From a virus, in the IMG/VR virus record IMGVR_UViG_3300029774_000001: DNA of 64,000 nucleotides, one strand, 5' to 3'. The translations under genes and the position numbers were made by a program. This document shows, in pieces, positions 26,285-36,471 of this stretch. Position 1 is the first letter of the stretch. Each line of letters opens with the position of its first letter. The notes below the pieces were generated by a model. That model searched no databases, was not told the origin of the DNA, and worked only from the letters and a program-made list of their open reading frames with translations.

Positions 26285-28219
26285 ATGGTTAAATCGAATT
26301 TAGACCCTAAAGTATTGGAGGGTAAAATAAAAGAATATAACAACGCCTATCGTAGAGGCGAACCGGAAATAACGGATGCGGAATTTGACGCGCTTGTAGA
26401 ACAATTGCATGAGGTCAACCCAGATGCGGATTGGTTCAAGAAAGGGGTTAATGACGAGGTTTCGGGAAGAAAAGAAACCCTTCCTATCCCCATGTACAGC
26501 CTGGAAAAGGTAAAAACTTATGACGAGATTGTAAGGTGGATAAAGTCATGTGGACTGAAAAATGAAGACCGACTGATTATCACTCCTAAATTTGATGGAA
26601 TTTCCTTATGCGTGGACGAATATAACAAGAAGGCGTGGACGCGCGGAAATGGCGAGGTAGGACAGAATTGTACTTCTCATTTTGAACAGATGATTAACCA
26701 CGGATTTAAGGACGTGAAAAGGACAGAAGGATATTATACTTTCGGAGAAGCCATTTTCCGTAATTCCACTTTCTTGACATTAAAGAAGCGGACAAATTAC
26801 AAGTCAGCGAGAAATGCGGTAGCAGGTCTTGTCAATTCTCCTACTGTATCTCCGAATATGAGGGATGTGCAGTATGTAAGGTATGGATATTCTAACGAGG
26901 ATTGGGACAAGGTAAGCATGATTGCCTTTATGAATGACAATTCATCTGTAAAAGTTCGTTATGTAGAAACATTCGTAGAAATAATCATTCATAGCGAAAA
27001 GATGTTTAATGAATATATGGACAATATTTTCAAGGGCATAACAAATGATTACAAATGCGATGGTCTTGTTATAGACGTGGATAGCGCAAAAATAAGAAAA
27101 GAGCTTGGAAGATTGCCGAACGGCAACCCACGTTATGCAATTGCCTACAAGAACCCGGATTGGTCGGAAAGAGAGGAAACAGAGGTAGAAAATGTAAGAT
27201 GGCAGATTTCAAAGGACGGCAGATTATCCCCGGTAATCGACATTACACCCGTTGAATTGTGCGGAGCTACGGTTTCCAAATGTACAGCATATAATGCCCG
27301 TTATGTAAAGGATAATTTTATTATGCCAGGTTCACGTGTCATTATTTGCCGTTCTGGTGATGTGATACCGAAACATATATTTACCGTGTCTTGGACTACT
27401 TTAAAAAGTTGTTTGCCCGACAAGTGTCCCATTTGTGGGAAACCTTTGGAGATGGACAGAAACAATGTGGACTTGATTTGTTTCAACAAAAATTGTGACG
27501 GTGTAATGCTTGCCAAATGTGTATATTTTTTCAATACTTTGGGTTTTGAAGAGTTCGGAGAACCGACAATAAAGAAGCTATTCAATGCCGGGTACAAGAC
27601 ACCGGACAGCATTCTCCTATTATCGGAAGAAGACCTTAAGAAGATTGAAGGCATAGGAAATGTAGGTGCAAAGGTACTGTCAAGACAGTTTGAAAACTTA
27701 AAAAAGAAAGGTACGAACTTTGCAAAATTATTGACAGCCTATAATAAATTTGGGGGTGTAATAGCCGAAAAGACATGCCAAAAAATTCTTGACGGATTAA
27801 AGTTATATACTTGTAAAGATGTAGCTGATTTTGCAAAAGAATGTGATGAAAGTTGGGCGGCTGACATTGAAGACAAAGTTGAAGGTGTCGGATTTAATAC
27901 AGCTTTAGCATTTGTTTTAGGTATTGAAGATTGGTGGGCGAATGACGATGATTCTGCACATATCCCTATAACTTATTACGGACTGGAAGAAAAGACCTTT
28001 GAAGGACAAATGACGGTTGTATTTACCGGATTTCGTTCACCGGACACGGAAAAGAAATTGACGGATATGGGGCATAAGATAGGTTCTTCTGTAAGCAAGA
28101 AAACAACATGCTTGGTAGTGAAGGAAAAAGGATTGGGAACCATCAAGGAAAAGAAAGCGGAGCAATACGGAATACCCGTTTTCACGTTTGAGGAATTTAA
28201 GGAAAAATTCAATGTTTGA
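26285..28219 (+). CDS. ligA: NAD-dependent DNA ligase (LigA-type)
   Basis: N-terminal 'YNNAYRRGEPEITDAEFDALVEQL' (Ia domain), adenylation 'TPKFDGISL' (KxDG), Zn finger 'CPICGKPLE...LICFNKNC', an HhH region, and a C-terminal BRCT-like 'VVFTGF...LVVKEKG'. Confidence 0.85.
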   Translation: MVKSNLDPKVLEGKIKEYNNAYRRGEPEITDAEFDALVEQLHEVNPDADWFKKGVNDEVSGRKETLPIPMYSLEKVKTYDEIVRWIKSCGLKNEDRLIITPKFDGISLCVDEYNKKAWTRGNGEVGQNCTSHFEQMINHGFKDVKRTEGYYTFGEAIFRNSTFLTLKKRTNYKSARNAVAGLVNSPTVSPNMRDVQYVRYGYSNEDWDKVSMIAFMNDNSSVKVRYVETFVEIIIHSEKMFNEYMDNIFKGITNDYKCDGLVIDVDSAKIRKELGRLPNGNPRYAIAYKNPDWSEREETEVENVRWQISKDGRLSPVIDITPVELCGATVSKCTAYNARYVKDNFIMPGSRVIICRSGDVIPKHIFTVSWTTLKSCLPDKCPICGKPLEMDRNNVDLICFNKNCDGVMLAKCVYFFNTLGFEEFGEPTIKKLFNAGYKTPDSILLLSEEDLKKIEGIGNVGAKVLSRQFENLKKKGTNFAKLLTAYNKFGGVIAEKTCQKILDGLKLYTCKDVADFAKECDESWAADIEDKVEGVGFNTALAFVLGIEDWWANDDDSAHIPITYYGLEEKTFEGQMTVVFTGFRSPDTEKKLTDMGHKIGSSVSKKTTCLVVKEKGLGTIKEKKAEQYGIPVFTFEEFKEKFNV

Positions 28220-28301
28220 TTGAGTTTCTTTTGTTTGTTTGACATAGTGGGAGAGGCTGGTTTGAGAAAATAAGCCTCTTATTTTTGTAAATCTTTTGGT
28301 A

Positions 28302-29993
28302 ATGAGATATTGGTATAGAGATAAGGACTACGTTTATATTGGCTTTAATTATAACGCCAATTTTGTAAATAAAATGAAACGTGATTTCGGAGCCAAATAT
28401 AACCCGGCTTTGAAAGAGTGGTATTTTGAACCTTCTTTAGAAAAATCTCTATTGTTAAAATATTTCTTGGATGGAAACGGCTTCAAGAACAAAAAGCCGG
28501 AAAGACAGATAGAAATACCTCTAAAGGAAATCAAGCCCCTTGTAAACGAAAAGGAGTTGAAAGAAATGTTTGATTACCTGGGATTACCGCTACATCTAAG
28601 AGATTATCAGATAGAGGGCGTGTCCTATATGGTTAATCATGGGAATTGCCTTAATGGTTGCGGACCAGGTGTAGGGAAAACGAGGCAGTCTATAGCACTG
28701 GCAGAATTGCTTAACCTATTCCCCTGCATTGTGGTTTGTCCGGCAACGGTAAAACAAAGCTGGGTCAACGAATGGAAGCTGTGCAACCCTAACAGAACGG
28801 TACATGTGATTGATTCAAAGGACGAGACCAACACGGACTGGAAAGCGGATGTTACGGTAATAAATTATGACTATCTTTTCAAACGTAGTGCAAAGGAAGA
28901 AGGTAAGAAAGAAGTAAAACTTCGTTACAGTCGTTCGCTTACCAAGAAATGGGGATTGGCGGTAATCGACGAAATACATCTATGTAAGAACCCGAAATCT
29001 ATACGCTCTAAATGTGTGCAGAAAATTGTGGAGAATGCAGAAAAAACAATAGGATTAAGCGGTACGGCAATTATGAACAGACCCCAGGAGCTTATCAATA
29101 TATTGCGGATTCTTGGAAGGTTCAAGGAGATATTCCCGGATTCGTTATATTATCTCTACAGATATTGCGCTGCAAAGAAAACGCGGTTTGGACTTGTATG
29201 TACCGGGGCTTCGTGTACGATGGAGCTGAACAAGGTAATAAAGCATTACTGTTATTTCCGGAAGGAATTGCGCGACGTGGTGAACGAATTGCCGCCTATA
29301 ATCAAACAGACGGTGAATGTGCCGATAACCAATAAAAAGGAGTATCGGAAGGCAGAAAAGGATTTTATCGAATGGCTTGCTAATATTGACATAGAGGCGG
29401 CAGAACGTGCCATACGTGCGGAGCAGCTTGTAAGGTTGTCCGGATTGAAGAAACTGTCTATAAATGGAAAAATAAAGTTTATTATCCAGTTTTTGAAGGA
29501 GTGGAGCGAGGCGAACGAGGATGAGAAAATGATAGTGTTCGGTATCACGACCGACATACTGGAAAGGCTTGGAAAGGAGTTCAAGAACAGTGAGGTTGTG
29601 ACCGGGAAATACAGCACGGAAGAAAAGATGCGAAAGGTTGAGACATGGAAGAAAGAAAAGACCTTCCTATTTGCCAACATTGCATCATTATCTACGGGTA
29701 TAGACGGTTTGCAGAAACATTGTTACAACATGGCGTTTATTGAATTGCCGCAACGTCCGGCAGAACTGGAACAGGCGACAGGACGTATAGACCGCATGGG
29801 GCAAACGCAGACTATGAACGTCTATTTTTTGCTGTCCAGTGACACAATAGACACGCAGATACGCGAATTATTAGACGGAAAGATAAAAGTAACGGATGCG
29901 GTCAACAAGGGTATTGACGTACAGGTAAGCCGTGACGATTCGATGGATATTGCATTGATAAAGAAGTTGAAAGAATGGAAAGAAAAGAAATAA
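28302..29993 (+). CDS. SNF2-family helicase/translocase
   Basis: 'DYQIEGVSYM', 'GPGVGKTRQSIA' (motif I), 'VIDEIHLCKN' (DExH), 'LSGTAIMNRPQEL', and 'QATGRIDRMGQTQ' (motif VI). The track start at 28296 is TTG; ATG 28302 is used. Confidence 0.85.
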   Translation: MRYWYRDKDYVYIGFNYNANFVNKMKRDFGAKYNPALKEWYFEPSLEKSLLLKYFLDGNGFKNKKPERQIEIPLKEIKPLVNEKELKEMFDYLGLPLHLRDYQIEGVSYMVNHGNCLNGCGPGVGKTRQSIALAELLNLFPCIVVCPATVKQSWVNEWKLCNPNRTVHVIDSKDETNTDWKADVTVINYDYLFKRSAKEEGKKEVKLRYSRSLTKKWGLAVIDEIHLCKNPKSIRSKCVQKIVENAEKTIGLSGTAIMNRPQELINILRILGRFKEIFPDSLYYLYRYCAAKKTRFGLVCTGASCTMELNKVIKHYCYFRKELRDVVNELPPIIKQTVNVPITNKKEYRKAEKDFIEWLANIDIEAAERAIRAEQLVRLSGLKKLSINGKIKFIIQFLKEWSEANEDEKMIVFGITTDILERLGKEFKNSEVVTGKYSTEEKMRKVETWKKEKTFLFANIASLSTGIDGLQKHCYNMAFIELPQRPAELEQATGRIDRMGQTQTMNVYFLLSSDTIDTQIRELLDGKIKVTDAVNKGIDVQVSRDDSMDIALIKKLKEWKEKK

Positions 29994-30436
29994 CAATATT
30001 TACCGACGGCAGTTGTGAATGGAAGTCACGTCTTGGCGGTTGCGGTGTGTATATCCAGGAAGAAGGAAAAGAATACTTTATTTCCAAGGGCTACAGTGAC
30101 ACCACCATAAGCAGATGTGAATTAAGGGCGATATTGCATGCCGTGCAGAGTATGAAAAAGGATGTACCTCTAAAGGTTACGATATGGAGCGACAGCCAGT
30201 ATGCGGTTAGCTGTATGACAGACCCGGAATTAAGACCGACGGTAAACAAGGATATTATAGAAAAGATAAGACAAGAGCTGGGCGAGCGTAGACGGATGGT
30301 CGTGCGTTTCATGAAAGTACGGGGACACGAAAAAGATGTAAACAACCCTATAATATACGGGAACCATGTAGCCGATATGCTGGCAGATTATAAGAATTTT
30401 GATAATTACGAACTTGATAAAATAATAGAATTATGA
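29975..30436 (+). CDS. rnhA: RNase HI
   Basis: 'IFTDGSC...GGCGVYI' (Asp), 'SRCELRAILHAV' (Glu), 'IWSDSQYAV' (Asp), and 'KVRGHE...GNHVADMLA' (His/Asp). Confidence 0.8.
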   Translation: MERKEITIFTDGSCEWKSRLGGCGVYIQEEGKEYFISKGYSDTTISRCELRAILHAVQSMKKDVPLKVTIWSDSQYAVSCMTDPELRPTVNKDIIEKIRQELGERRRMVVRFMKVRGHEKDVNNPIIYGNHVADMLADYKNFDNYELDKIIEL

Positions 30437-30903
30437 ATGAGGATTTTGTTTTTACTAAAGAAGAGAAAGTTAACAAATTGTTTAAAGTTTTGAACGTATT
30501 AAGGAACAGTTTGCAGTGTAAACGTATGGTTGTGGGTGGAAGTATGGCTATGTATATACATGGATTCAATGTGGAACCGCACGACCTGGATATAGAAATA
30601 GAAGGGATAAGTGACGATTCATTACGCGTTTTAAAGACAATGGCAAGGATAAACAAGGACATGAAAAGCGACATCCTTTCCGAATATCCGGAAACAAATC
30701 CTCTATATCGTATAAAGATAGAGGATGTGGACGTAGACATATGGGTAATGAATAAGATAGACTACAACAGGACTGTTTTCTACAATAATATAGAATTCGG
30801 TGATGTTCTAAGCGTAGTTAAAAAGAAAATGGACATGAAGCGCGAAAAAGACTATAAATCATTGGTAGATTATATCAATCAGTTAACCTATTTTACAAGA
30901 TGA
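30433..30903 (+). CDS. minimal Pol-beta-superfamily nucleotidyltransferase
   Basis: 'VVGGSMAMYIHGFNVEPHDLDIEI' fits the G-S ... D-x-D NTase signature. 156 aa, with ATGA overlaps at both ends. Confidence 0.55.
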   Translation: MNEDFVFTKEEKVNKLFKVLNVLRNSLQCKRMVVGGSMAMYIHGFNVEPHDLDIEIEGISDDSLRVLKTMARINKDMKSDILSEYPETNPLYRIKIEDVDVDIWVMNKIDYNRTVFYNNIEFGDVLSVVKKKMDMKREKDYKSLVDYINQLTYFTR

Positions 30904-32351
30904 AATGGAGTGACAGACAATTAGCCATTTTCGACGCATACGAAAATACACGGAAAAACATTGCCATAGAAGCAACAGCAGGCAGCAGCAAGACAACTTG
31001 CATAGTGGAGTGTTGCAGAAGGACACCACCTAATAAAAAGGTTCTGTTTATGGCATTCAACAAAAGCATTGCGGAAGAATTGAGGGAACGTTTGCCGTCC
31101 CATATAGACGTCAACACCTTTCACTCTAAAGGTTTGCGCGTGCTGCTTTCCAATTTCCGTATAAAACCGAAAATCAACGAGAATAAATGCTTTGTTATCG
31201 GGAAGAAAATTCTGGACACAAAGGATATGGACGTGAAGCAGCAGATTCGATACCTATTCGAGATTCAAATAATATGGAACTACATAAGGGTCAACCTTAT
31301 TACGGATTACGAGAAGGAAATACCGGGTATCTGTATTGAAAAGAATATCGAATTCCAGGAACGTATGGTAGGGGACATGGAACAAATTAGAAATGCCTGG
31401 CACAAGGAAATGAAGAAGATAAATTCAGTAAAAGAAATTAACATTGATTTTACTGATATGCTTTATTTCCCTTACCAACTACTTGATAGTGAGGATTTCC
31501 CTAAATATGATATTGTTACCTTGGACGAACAACAAGATGCGAATACCTTACAAAAAGAGCTTGCTTTACGCTATATAAAGAAAAGCGGTCGATTTGTAGT
31601 TGTTGGTGATTCCAGGCAATGTATATACGGTTTCCAGGGGAGTTCTTTAGAGGTTTTCAAGTCCTTCCAATCTTATCCCAACACCATAGTATTACCGTTG
31701 GATATTACATACAGATGCGGCAAGAACATAGTCGAAGAAGCTCGAAAAGTTTTTAACAACGGGATTGTTGCTGCATCTAATGCGATAGACGGTATTGTAA
31801 GAAAAGGAGAGTTTGATGAAGCGGAAAACGGGGATTTTATTCTATGCCGGAACAACCTACCTTTGACAACTGTCTTTCTCTATTTGTTAGAAATGGGAAA
31901 GAAAGCGACAATAAAAGGTAAGGATTACGGTGATGCACTTGTGGCGTTGGTGGATAAGATAAAACATATTGAAGACTTGGACACGATGTGCGAGAAGAAA
32001 ATTTCGGAACTCAAAGAACGGGGTTTTACTGATATCCAGGCAAAAAATAACCCTTCCTATGTAACCCTTCTTGAAAAGTGTACTATATTGAAAATGCTTT
32101 ACAAGAACTGGGGAGACATGAAGAAGCTGGAAGACAATATAAAGGAGATATATAAGGACGATACGGAAGGTATCGTATTATCCACTATCCACAAGTCTAA
32201 AGGACTGGAAGCAGACCGTGTTTTCTTGCTGAACAAGAGTTTGATACCCAGCAAGTATGCGAACACGGAAGAAGCATTATATAATGAAAAATGTTTATTG
32301 TTTGTGGCCATAACAAGAGCAAGAAAGGAGCTTGTATATTGCAATGTTTAA
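30900..32351 (+). CDS. UvrD/Rep/PcrA-like superfamily 1 helicase
   Basis: 'QLAIFDAY', Walker A 'ATAGSSKTTCIVE', 'VTLDEQQD', 'GDSRQCIYGFQG', 'TIHKSKGLEADRVFLL', and 'LLFVAITRARKEL'. Confidence 0.85.
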   Translation: MKWSDRQLAIFDAYENTRKNIAIEATAGSSKTTCIVECCRRTPPNKKVLFMAFNKSIAEELRERLPSHIDVNTFHSKGLRVLLSNFRIKPKINENKCFVIGKKILDTKDMDVKQQIRYLFEIQIIWNYIRVNLITDYEKEIPGICIEKNIEFQERMVGDMEQIRNAWHKEMKKINSVKEINIDFTDMLYFPYQLLDSEDFPKYDIVTLDEQQDANTLQKELALRYIKKSGRFVVVGDSRQCIYGFQGSSLEVFKSFQSYPNTIVLPLDITYRCGKNIVEEARKVFNNGIVAASNAIDGIVRKGEFDEAENGDFILCRNNLPLTTVFLYLLEMGKKATIKGKDYGDALVALVDKIKHIEDLDTMCEKKISELKERGFTDIQAKNNPSYVTLLEKCTILKMLYKNWGDMKKLEDNIKEIYKDDTEGIVLSTIHKSKGLEADRVFLLNKSLIPSKYANTEEALYNEKCLLFVAITRARKELVYCNV

Positions 32352-32562
32352 CGATGAACCTAAGAAAACCGTATATACGGAAATAGACCGTGAATTCAAG
32401 CGCATGAAACCGGGCACGGAATTTTGCCGGATTGAATTTATCTCAAAGATAAAGGATTTCCACCCCGGTTCCGTAAGAAGTGGAATAGACCACTTCCTAT
32501 TAAAGAAAATGAGTAAAGGAGAAGTAAAAAGAATTGACAAAGGTAAATACTTGAAGTTATGA
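32344..32562 (+). CDS. hypothetical protein
   Basis: Track ORF 32332..32562. The ATG at 32344 is an equally possible start. Confidence 0.5.
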   Translation: MFNDEPKKTVYTEIDREFKRMKPGTEFCRIEFISKIKDFHPGSVRSGIDHFLLKKMSKGEVKRIDKGKYLKL

Positions 32563-32897
32563 AAAAACAAAAAATGTATATCCCCGTACTTGAACCGGGA
32601 AAGAGTGTATCACTTGTGTGTGCAAATAAAGTAACGGGATTGGAGGACCATTTGCCGACCCAGGAAATGCTGAATATCCACATGGAACAGCAGAAGATAA
32701 TGATACAGAAGGATAAGGATTATAAGGTACATCCTTTATATCTTTTCGTGGAAAAAGAAGAATTCAATGATTTGGTAAGAAGGATAAGAGGAAAGAACAA
32801 GAACGCGGAAACGGCTTGTATTCCGCTTGTATGCCAATATCCGGCTGTGCCTATATGTGTGCTTTGTCCCAAACAGAAAGAGGAGGCGAAAGAATGA
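32559..32897 (+). CDS. hypothetical protein
   Basis: 112-aa ORF with an ATGA overlap. Confidence 0.55.
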   Translation: MKKQKMYIPVLEPGKSVSLVCANKVTGLEDHLPTQEMLNIHMEQQKIMIQKDKDYKVHPLYLFVEKEEFNDLVRRIRGKNKNAETACIPLVCQYPAVPICVLCPKQKEEAKE

Positions 32898-33322
32898 TAT
32901 TCGAGTGCACGTTTACCTACATGGCACCCGACCCGAATTCGACAAGCGGTAATTATAAAAAGTTTGTCGATGTCATAGCGGTACAGGCAGAAAACTATAT
33001 GGATGCCGAAACAATGGCAACCGAATACGGGATGTTCAATATAGACGCGGACTTTGCCATATCTCCTATTAAGGAGGTGATTATAGATTCGGTGCAGCGT
33101 AACGAAAAGCACGGGGGACGATGGTACAAATGCACGGGCGTATACAGTGAGGCAACCGTTTCTGGAAAGCTGAAACAATACAAGCTGGTTATATTGCAAC
33201 AGCATGAGGACTTTATAAAAGCCTCTACTAAAGCGCTGGAATACATGCAAGACCTTGTAGGCGAATGCAGACTGACGAAGGTAGAGGAAACTCCTATAAT
33301 CGAATATGTGGAAAAGGACTGA
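32894..33322 (+). CDS. hypothetical protein
   Basis: Track ORF 32816..33322. ATG 32894 (MIFECTF) gives an ATGA overlap with the upstream stop. Confidence 0.55.
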   Translation: MIFECTFTYMAPDPNSTSGNYKKFVDVIAVQAENYMDAETMATEYGMFNIDADFAISPIKEVIIDSVQRNEKHGGRWYKCTGVYSEATVSGKLKQYKLVILQQHEDFIKASTKALEYMQDLVGECRLTKVEETPIIEYVEKD

Positions 33323-33433
33323 TATGTTAATTATATGTTAAAACGACATAAGCAGTTGCGTATGTCATAACATAATCTTATCTTTGTGGTGTGATAAGGA
33401 AAACGATAAGTCAAACAACAAAAAGATAAGATT
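33322..33433 (+). promoter_or_regulatory. promoter/operator/leader cassette copy 5
   Basis: Starts at the upstream stop codon. Contains 'tgatatgttaattatatgttaaaac'; palindrome at 33345..33366; -7 box TAtcTTTG at 33379..33386; leader 'gtcaaacaacaaaaa' at 33410..33424. Confidence 0.65.
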
Positions 33434-33661
33434 ATGAATTCAGTATTTAAAGCCAAGAAACAAATGTTAGAAAACACTCTTTCAAAGGTTGCAAAAGTTA
33501 GTGTTGAAATAACTTTTGCCCGTGTTAACATGATAACGATAGCTTGGGATGAAGAAAACAAAAGCGCATTTGAAAGATTGCAGAACTACTTCAAAGGAAA
33601 ACTTTTTGGCTACGAATACGACGAGGAATGCGATATGTCTGTTTGTTGTTTGAATTTATAA
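33434..33661 (+). CDS. hypothetical protein
   Basis: 75-aa ORF directly after the cassette leader. Confidence 0.55.
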   Translation: MNSVFKAKKQMLENTLSKVAKVSVEITFARVNMITIAWDEENKSAFERLQNYFKGKLFGYEYDEECDMSVCCLNL

Positions 33662-33664
33662 CAA

Positions 33665-33686
33665 GAAGGGCTTTTAAAAGCCCTTC
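33665..33686 (+). terminator. perfect palindromic hairpin (terminator-like, no U-run)
   Basis: 'gaagggcttttaaaagcccttc' is a perfect 22-nt palindrome lying 3 nt after the stop. Confidence 0.4.
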
Positions 33687-33700
33687 ACAATTACAATACT

Positions 33701-33928
33701 ATGATAAGAATAACCAACCCCAAAGGAGAAACCCAGGTGCATACGGAAGAAAGCTATGAAAAGCTTCTGTGGCAGTTTGCAGAATCTAAAATGATGGATA
33801 TGTGGTGCCAGAAACACCATCTTATTCCTATCTATATACACCAGGGAGAACAAATACTTAACAAGATGGTGGTAGAATCATTTTTGGAAGCGTTTAACTA
33901 TAAAGTAGAAAAGAATTATGAAAACTAA
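33701..33928 (+). CDS. hypothetical protein
   Basis: 75-aa ORF. Confidence 0.5.
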   Translation: MIRITNPKGETQVHTEESYEKLLWQFAESKMMDMWCQKHHLIPIYIHQGEQILNKMVVESFLEAFNYKVEKNYEN

Positions 33929-34124
33929 GAAATTCGGAGTAGGCGACAAGGTAAAGATACTCCATTGTTCTGATATGATGCTAATCGGACAGATTACAGA
34001 AGTGGCAAGTATATGCGGAACGGAGAGCAACCGCTATTATCACTTGAAGATAGACGGTGAACAAAGGGCGTTCATTCCGCAAAATTTGGAATTGGTAGAA
34101 AAGCATGAGGAGGATAAAGAATGA
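33918..34124 (+). CDS. hypothetical protein
   Basis: 68-aa ORF. Confidence 0.5.
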   Translation: MKTKKFGVGDKVKILHCSDMMLIGQITEVASICGTESNRYYHLKIDGEQRAFIPQNLELVEKHEEDKE

Positions 34125-34288
34125 CCTACACAGAAGAAAGAACCTATTGGCTGGAATGCATGATAAAGGCAAGCAGATACGGACTTGAACCGGAAGTAGC
34201 TGTTACAGCACTTGAATACCTAAAGGAAGACCCGAAGCTAAGCATAAGCCAATGCCTGGAAATGGCGTTAAAAGATTGGGATATATGA
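34121..34288 (+). CDS. hypothetical small protein (55 aa)
   Basis: Hand-translated (MTYTEERTYWLECMIKASRYGLEPE...KDWDI). ATGA overlaps at both ends. Confidence 0.45.
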   Translation: MTYTEERTYWLECMIKASRYGLEPEVAVTALEYLKEDPKLSISQCLEMALKDWDI

Positions 34289-34680
34289 TACAGAAGATAA
34301 TCGCTTACCTCTATCAAAAGAAGGTTACGAAGACTTATAACGACAACAACGACGGTTTTATTTGCAATTTCGTACTTGAATACAAGGATAAGGGGGATTT
34401 TGTACATAAGATGGCATGCTATGCCGTCAACTTTGAACCCGTTGTTATTGGAAAGGAGAACCGCTATTTGGTAGAGGTGGATGTGCATGCGGTCCAGAAT
34501 GTCAAGTACAACAATGACAGGGTATGGATGCCTCAATGCAAAGTTATGAAAATGGACTTGTTGTTACAGCCGTGGGAACTTACATTAGCAGAAAACGAAA
34601 TAGAAACGTATTACGATGGACAGAGAAAAATTTGCGGAACCAGATATGACAGCAAAACCGGAAGAAATGCTGTGGTTTGA
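34285..34680 (+). CDS. hypothetical protein
   Basis: Track ORF 34252..34680. ATG 34285 (MIQKII) overlaps the upstream stop. Confidence 0.55.
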   Translation: MIQKIIAYLYQKKVTKTYNDNNDGFICNFVLEYKDKGDFVHKMACYAVNFEPVVIGKENRYLVEVDVHAVQNVKYNNDRVWMPQCKVMKMDLLLQPWELTLAENEIETYYDGQRKICGTRYDSKTGRNAVV

Positions 34681-34784
34681 ATCAACAATCAGTGAAAATG
34701 TGGAACCGGAGTTTTCATTCGTTGAACAGGAAAAGGAAGAAGTTTTGGTTTCGTGTACATGGTATTGATTTGGTGAAATAACTA

Positions 34785-34815
34785 TTGTTTATTTCCCTAT
34801 TAAAACCTACCTTTG
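34785..34815 (+). promoter_or_regulatory. Bacteroidota-type promoter (-33 TTG / -7 TAccTTTG)
   Basis: TTG at 34785..34787 and TAccTTTG at 34808..34815, 20-nt spacing, 18 nt upstream of ATG 34834. Confidence 0.55.
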
Positions 34816-34833
34816 TAGGTAAAACTTCTATAT

Positions 34834-35970
34834 ATGGCAAAAAAGATAGAATATACTAAAGAGGACATCTTAAAGGATGCGCCCGATTTCGTGCTTATCG
34901 CTTCACCCTACATGCAAGACAAGTATGTAGCTTATGAGATGGTAAGAAGGGAGCTTGACGAGCACCCCGACCGTTTCATGCAGTACGAAGGAAACGAAGG
35001 GTACACCTACGTGATAGACCTTAAGCTTGTCAATATAAAGGGTATCATGGCGAAACGCGGAGCGTCCCAGGAAGCCATAAACGATGCCACGGAAATCCGT
35101 ACAAATGTGATGTTACCCCTTCTTGCCAAGTTCCACAGGGTAAAGAGCGAGTATTTCCATGCCTTTGATTTGCACAATGACAAGGCAAAGGCGCTTGCCA
35201 AGCTGACACCTATGCTTCTGGACTTGTTCGGTTCCATGCACAACCCCAAAGATATAATCAAGATTATACGTAAAAAGGAGGGTTATTCGCTTGGAGAAGA
35301 AGATTTGGTAAAATTCTTCAACAACCACAAATCCTTGATAGAGGCAAGGCAAAGCAAGTACGTGATGCGTTCTGACCGCTATAAGGTGGCAACGGAAGCC
35401 GGAAGACTGGAAATCATAAATGACTGTATGACAGACTTGCAGCTTAAATATGAAGAGTTCTGGAGCAAAGGGAATGTGGGAAGTGCACTCAATATCCTAA
35501 AGGAAATACGCGCCTTGTTGGAAGCCGCACGGAAGGAAGTAAAAGGTAATGAAATTAAACTTACAGTTGACGGAAAGATAGACATAAACGCGACACTGCA
35601 CGGTGAGGAGAACATAAGCCGCGTAATGCGCGACATCCCCGTAAACAGTCTTATAGTGGGTATGGTGGCTGCAAAATCGGGAATAAAGCCCGAAATACTG
35701 ATGCACCAGCTCTGCACATCCTATTACAAGGACTTTAACGGCTTTGCAAGTAACCCGGTTTTGGGTTCCGAAAAGGTGATGCTGCCAGGAGCACTCATAA
35801 AAACCTATGACTGGAAAGAAATAGAAACGGAAAACAAGAAGTTTGTGGAAGAAATGATACCCGAAGTGGTCGAGGCCGAGATAATAGAAGAACCTTCCAA
35901 ATCAAAGACAAGAGAACGGCTTCTTAACCGCCTGCGACAGATGAAGGGTGTGGAAATTGGAAAGAAATAA
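34834..35970 (+). CDS. hypothetical protein (378 aa)
   Basis: A large ORF with its own promoter; no motif recognised. Confidence 0.6.
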   Translation: MAKKIEYTKEDILKDAPDFVLIASPYMQDKYVAYEMVRRELDEHPDRFMQYEGNEGYTYVIDLKLVNIKGIMAKRGASQEAINDATEIRTNVMLPLLAKFHRVKSEYFHAFDLHNDKAKALAKLTPMLLDLFGSMHNPKDIIKIIRKKEGYSLGEEDLVKFFNNHKSLIEARQSKYVMRSDRYKVATEAGRLEIINDCMTDLQLKYEEFWSKGNVGSALNILKEIRALLEAARKEVKGNEIKLTVDGKIDINATLHGEENISRVMRDIPVNSLIVGMVAAKSGIKPEILMHQLCTSYYKDFNGFASNPVLGSEKVMLPGALIKTYDWKEIETENKKFVEEMIPEVVEAEIIEEPSKSKTRERLLNRLRQMKGVEIGKK

Positions 35971-36079
35971 TTACATTTTGTTTTGACTTTTAGTTAGATT
36001 ATGATTTTCAAAATTCATGCGGTGCATGGTCTGCGACAGATAGTGTACCTATTTATAAACAATTAAAAAACAAGTAGTT

Positions 36080-36247
36080 ATGGTAAAGATATATGTTGAG
36101 GAAGTAATGAAATGCGTAATGGAAAGACTTACAAAAGAATACGGTCTGACCGAACAACAGGCATTGAAAGAAATTGACATGTGCATGGAAAAACTGTATG
36201 TGAAATGGATGCAGAACGAACCGATACCGGAAGAAAACAACGATTAA
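36080..36247 (+). CDS. hypothetical small protein (55 aa)
   Basis: Hand-translated (MVKIYVEEVMKCVMERLTKEYGLTEQQALKEIDM...). Confidence 0.4.
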   Translation: MVKIYVEEVMKCVMERLTKEYGLTEQQALKEIDMCMEKLYVKWMQNEPIPEENND

Positions 36248-36273
36248 TTAATCCTATAATAATAATAAATAGT

Positions 36274-36471
36274 ATGATAGTAGCAATCGCAACAATGAGA
36301 ATGGACGAGGACACAACGGTACAGGTACATGTGCCTATGGATGTGGAAATAATGCAGGTTCCTCCTACAGACAAGGAAGTAGAGAAAATAAAATCAGTCC
36401 TGGAAGAGGAAACCGGGTATAAATTCGTATCTTTGGATTCGATAACATGGGATGTGGACTACGAGATTTAA
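36274..36471 (+). CDS. hypothetical protein
   Basis: Track ORF 36181..36471 overlaps the previous small ORF. ATG 36274 (MIVAIATM) is preferred. Confidence 0.45.
   Translation: MIVAIATMRMDEDTTVQVHVPMDVEIMQVPPTDKEVEKIKSVLEEETGYKFVSLDSITWDVDYEI

Noticed and set aside
28261-28287. Promoter upstream of the SNF2 helicase gene (TAttTTTG at 28280-28287)
   Set aside because: The nearest TTTG is only 15 nt upstream and the box lies in the U-run of a terminator-like hairpin (agaggct/agcctct). It is too ambiguous to annotate.
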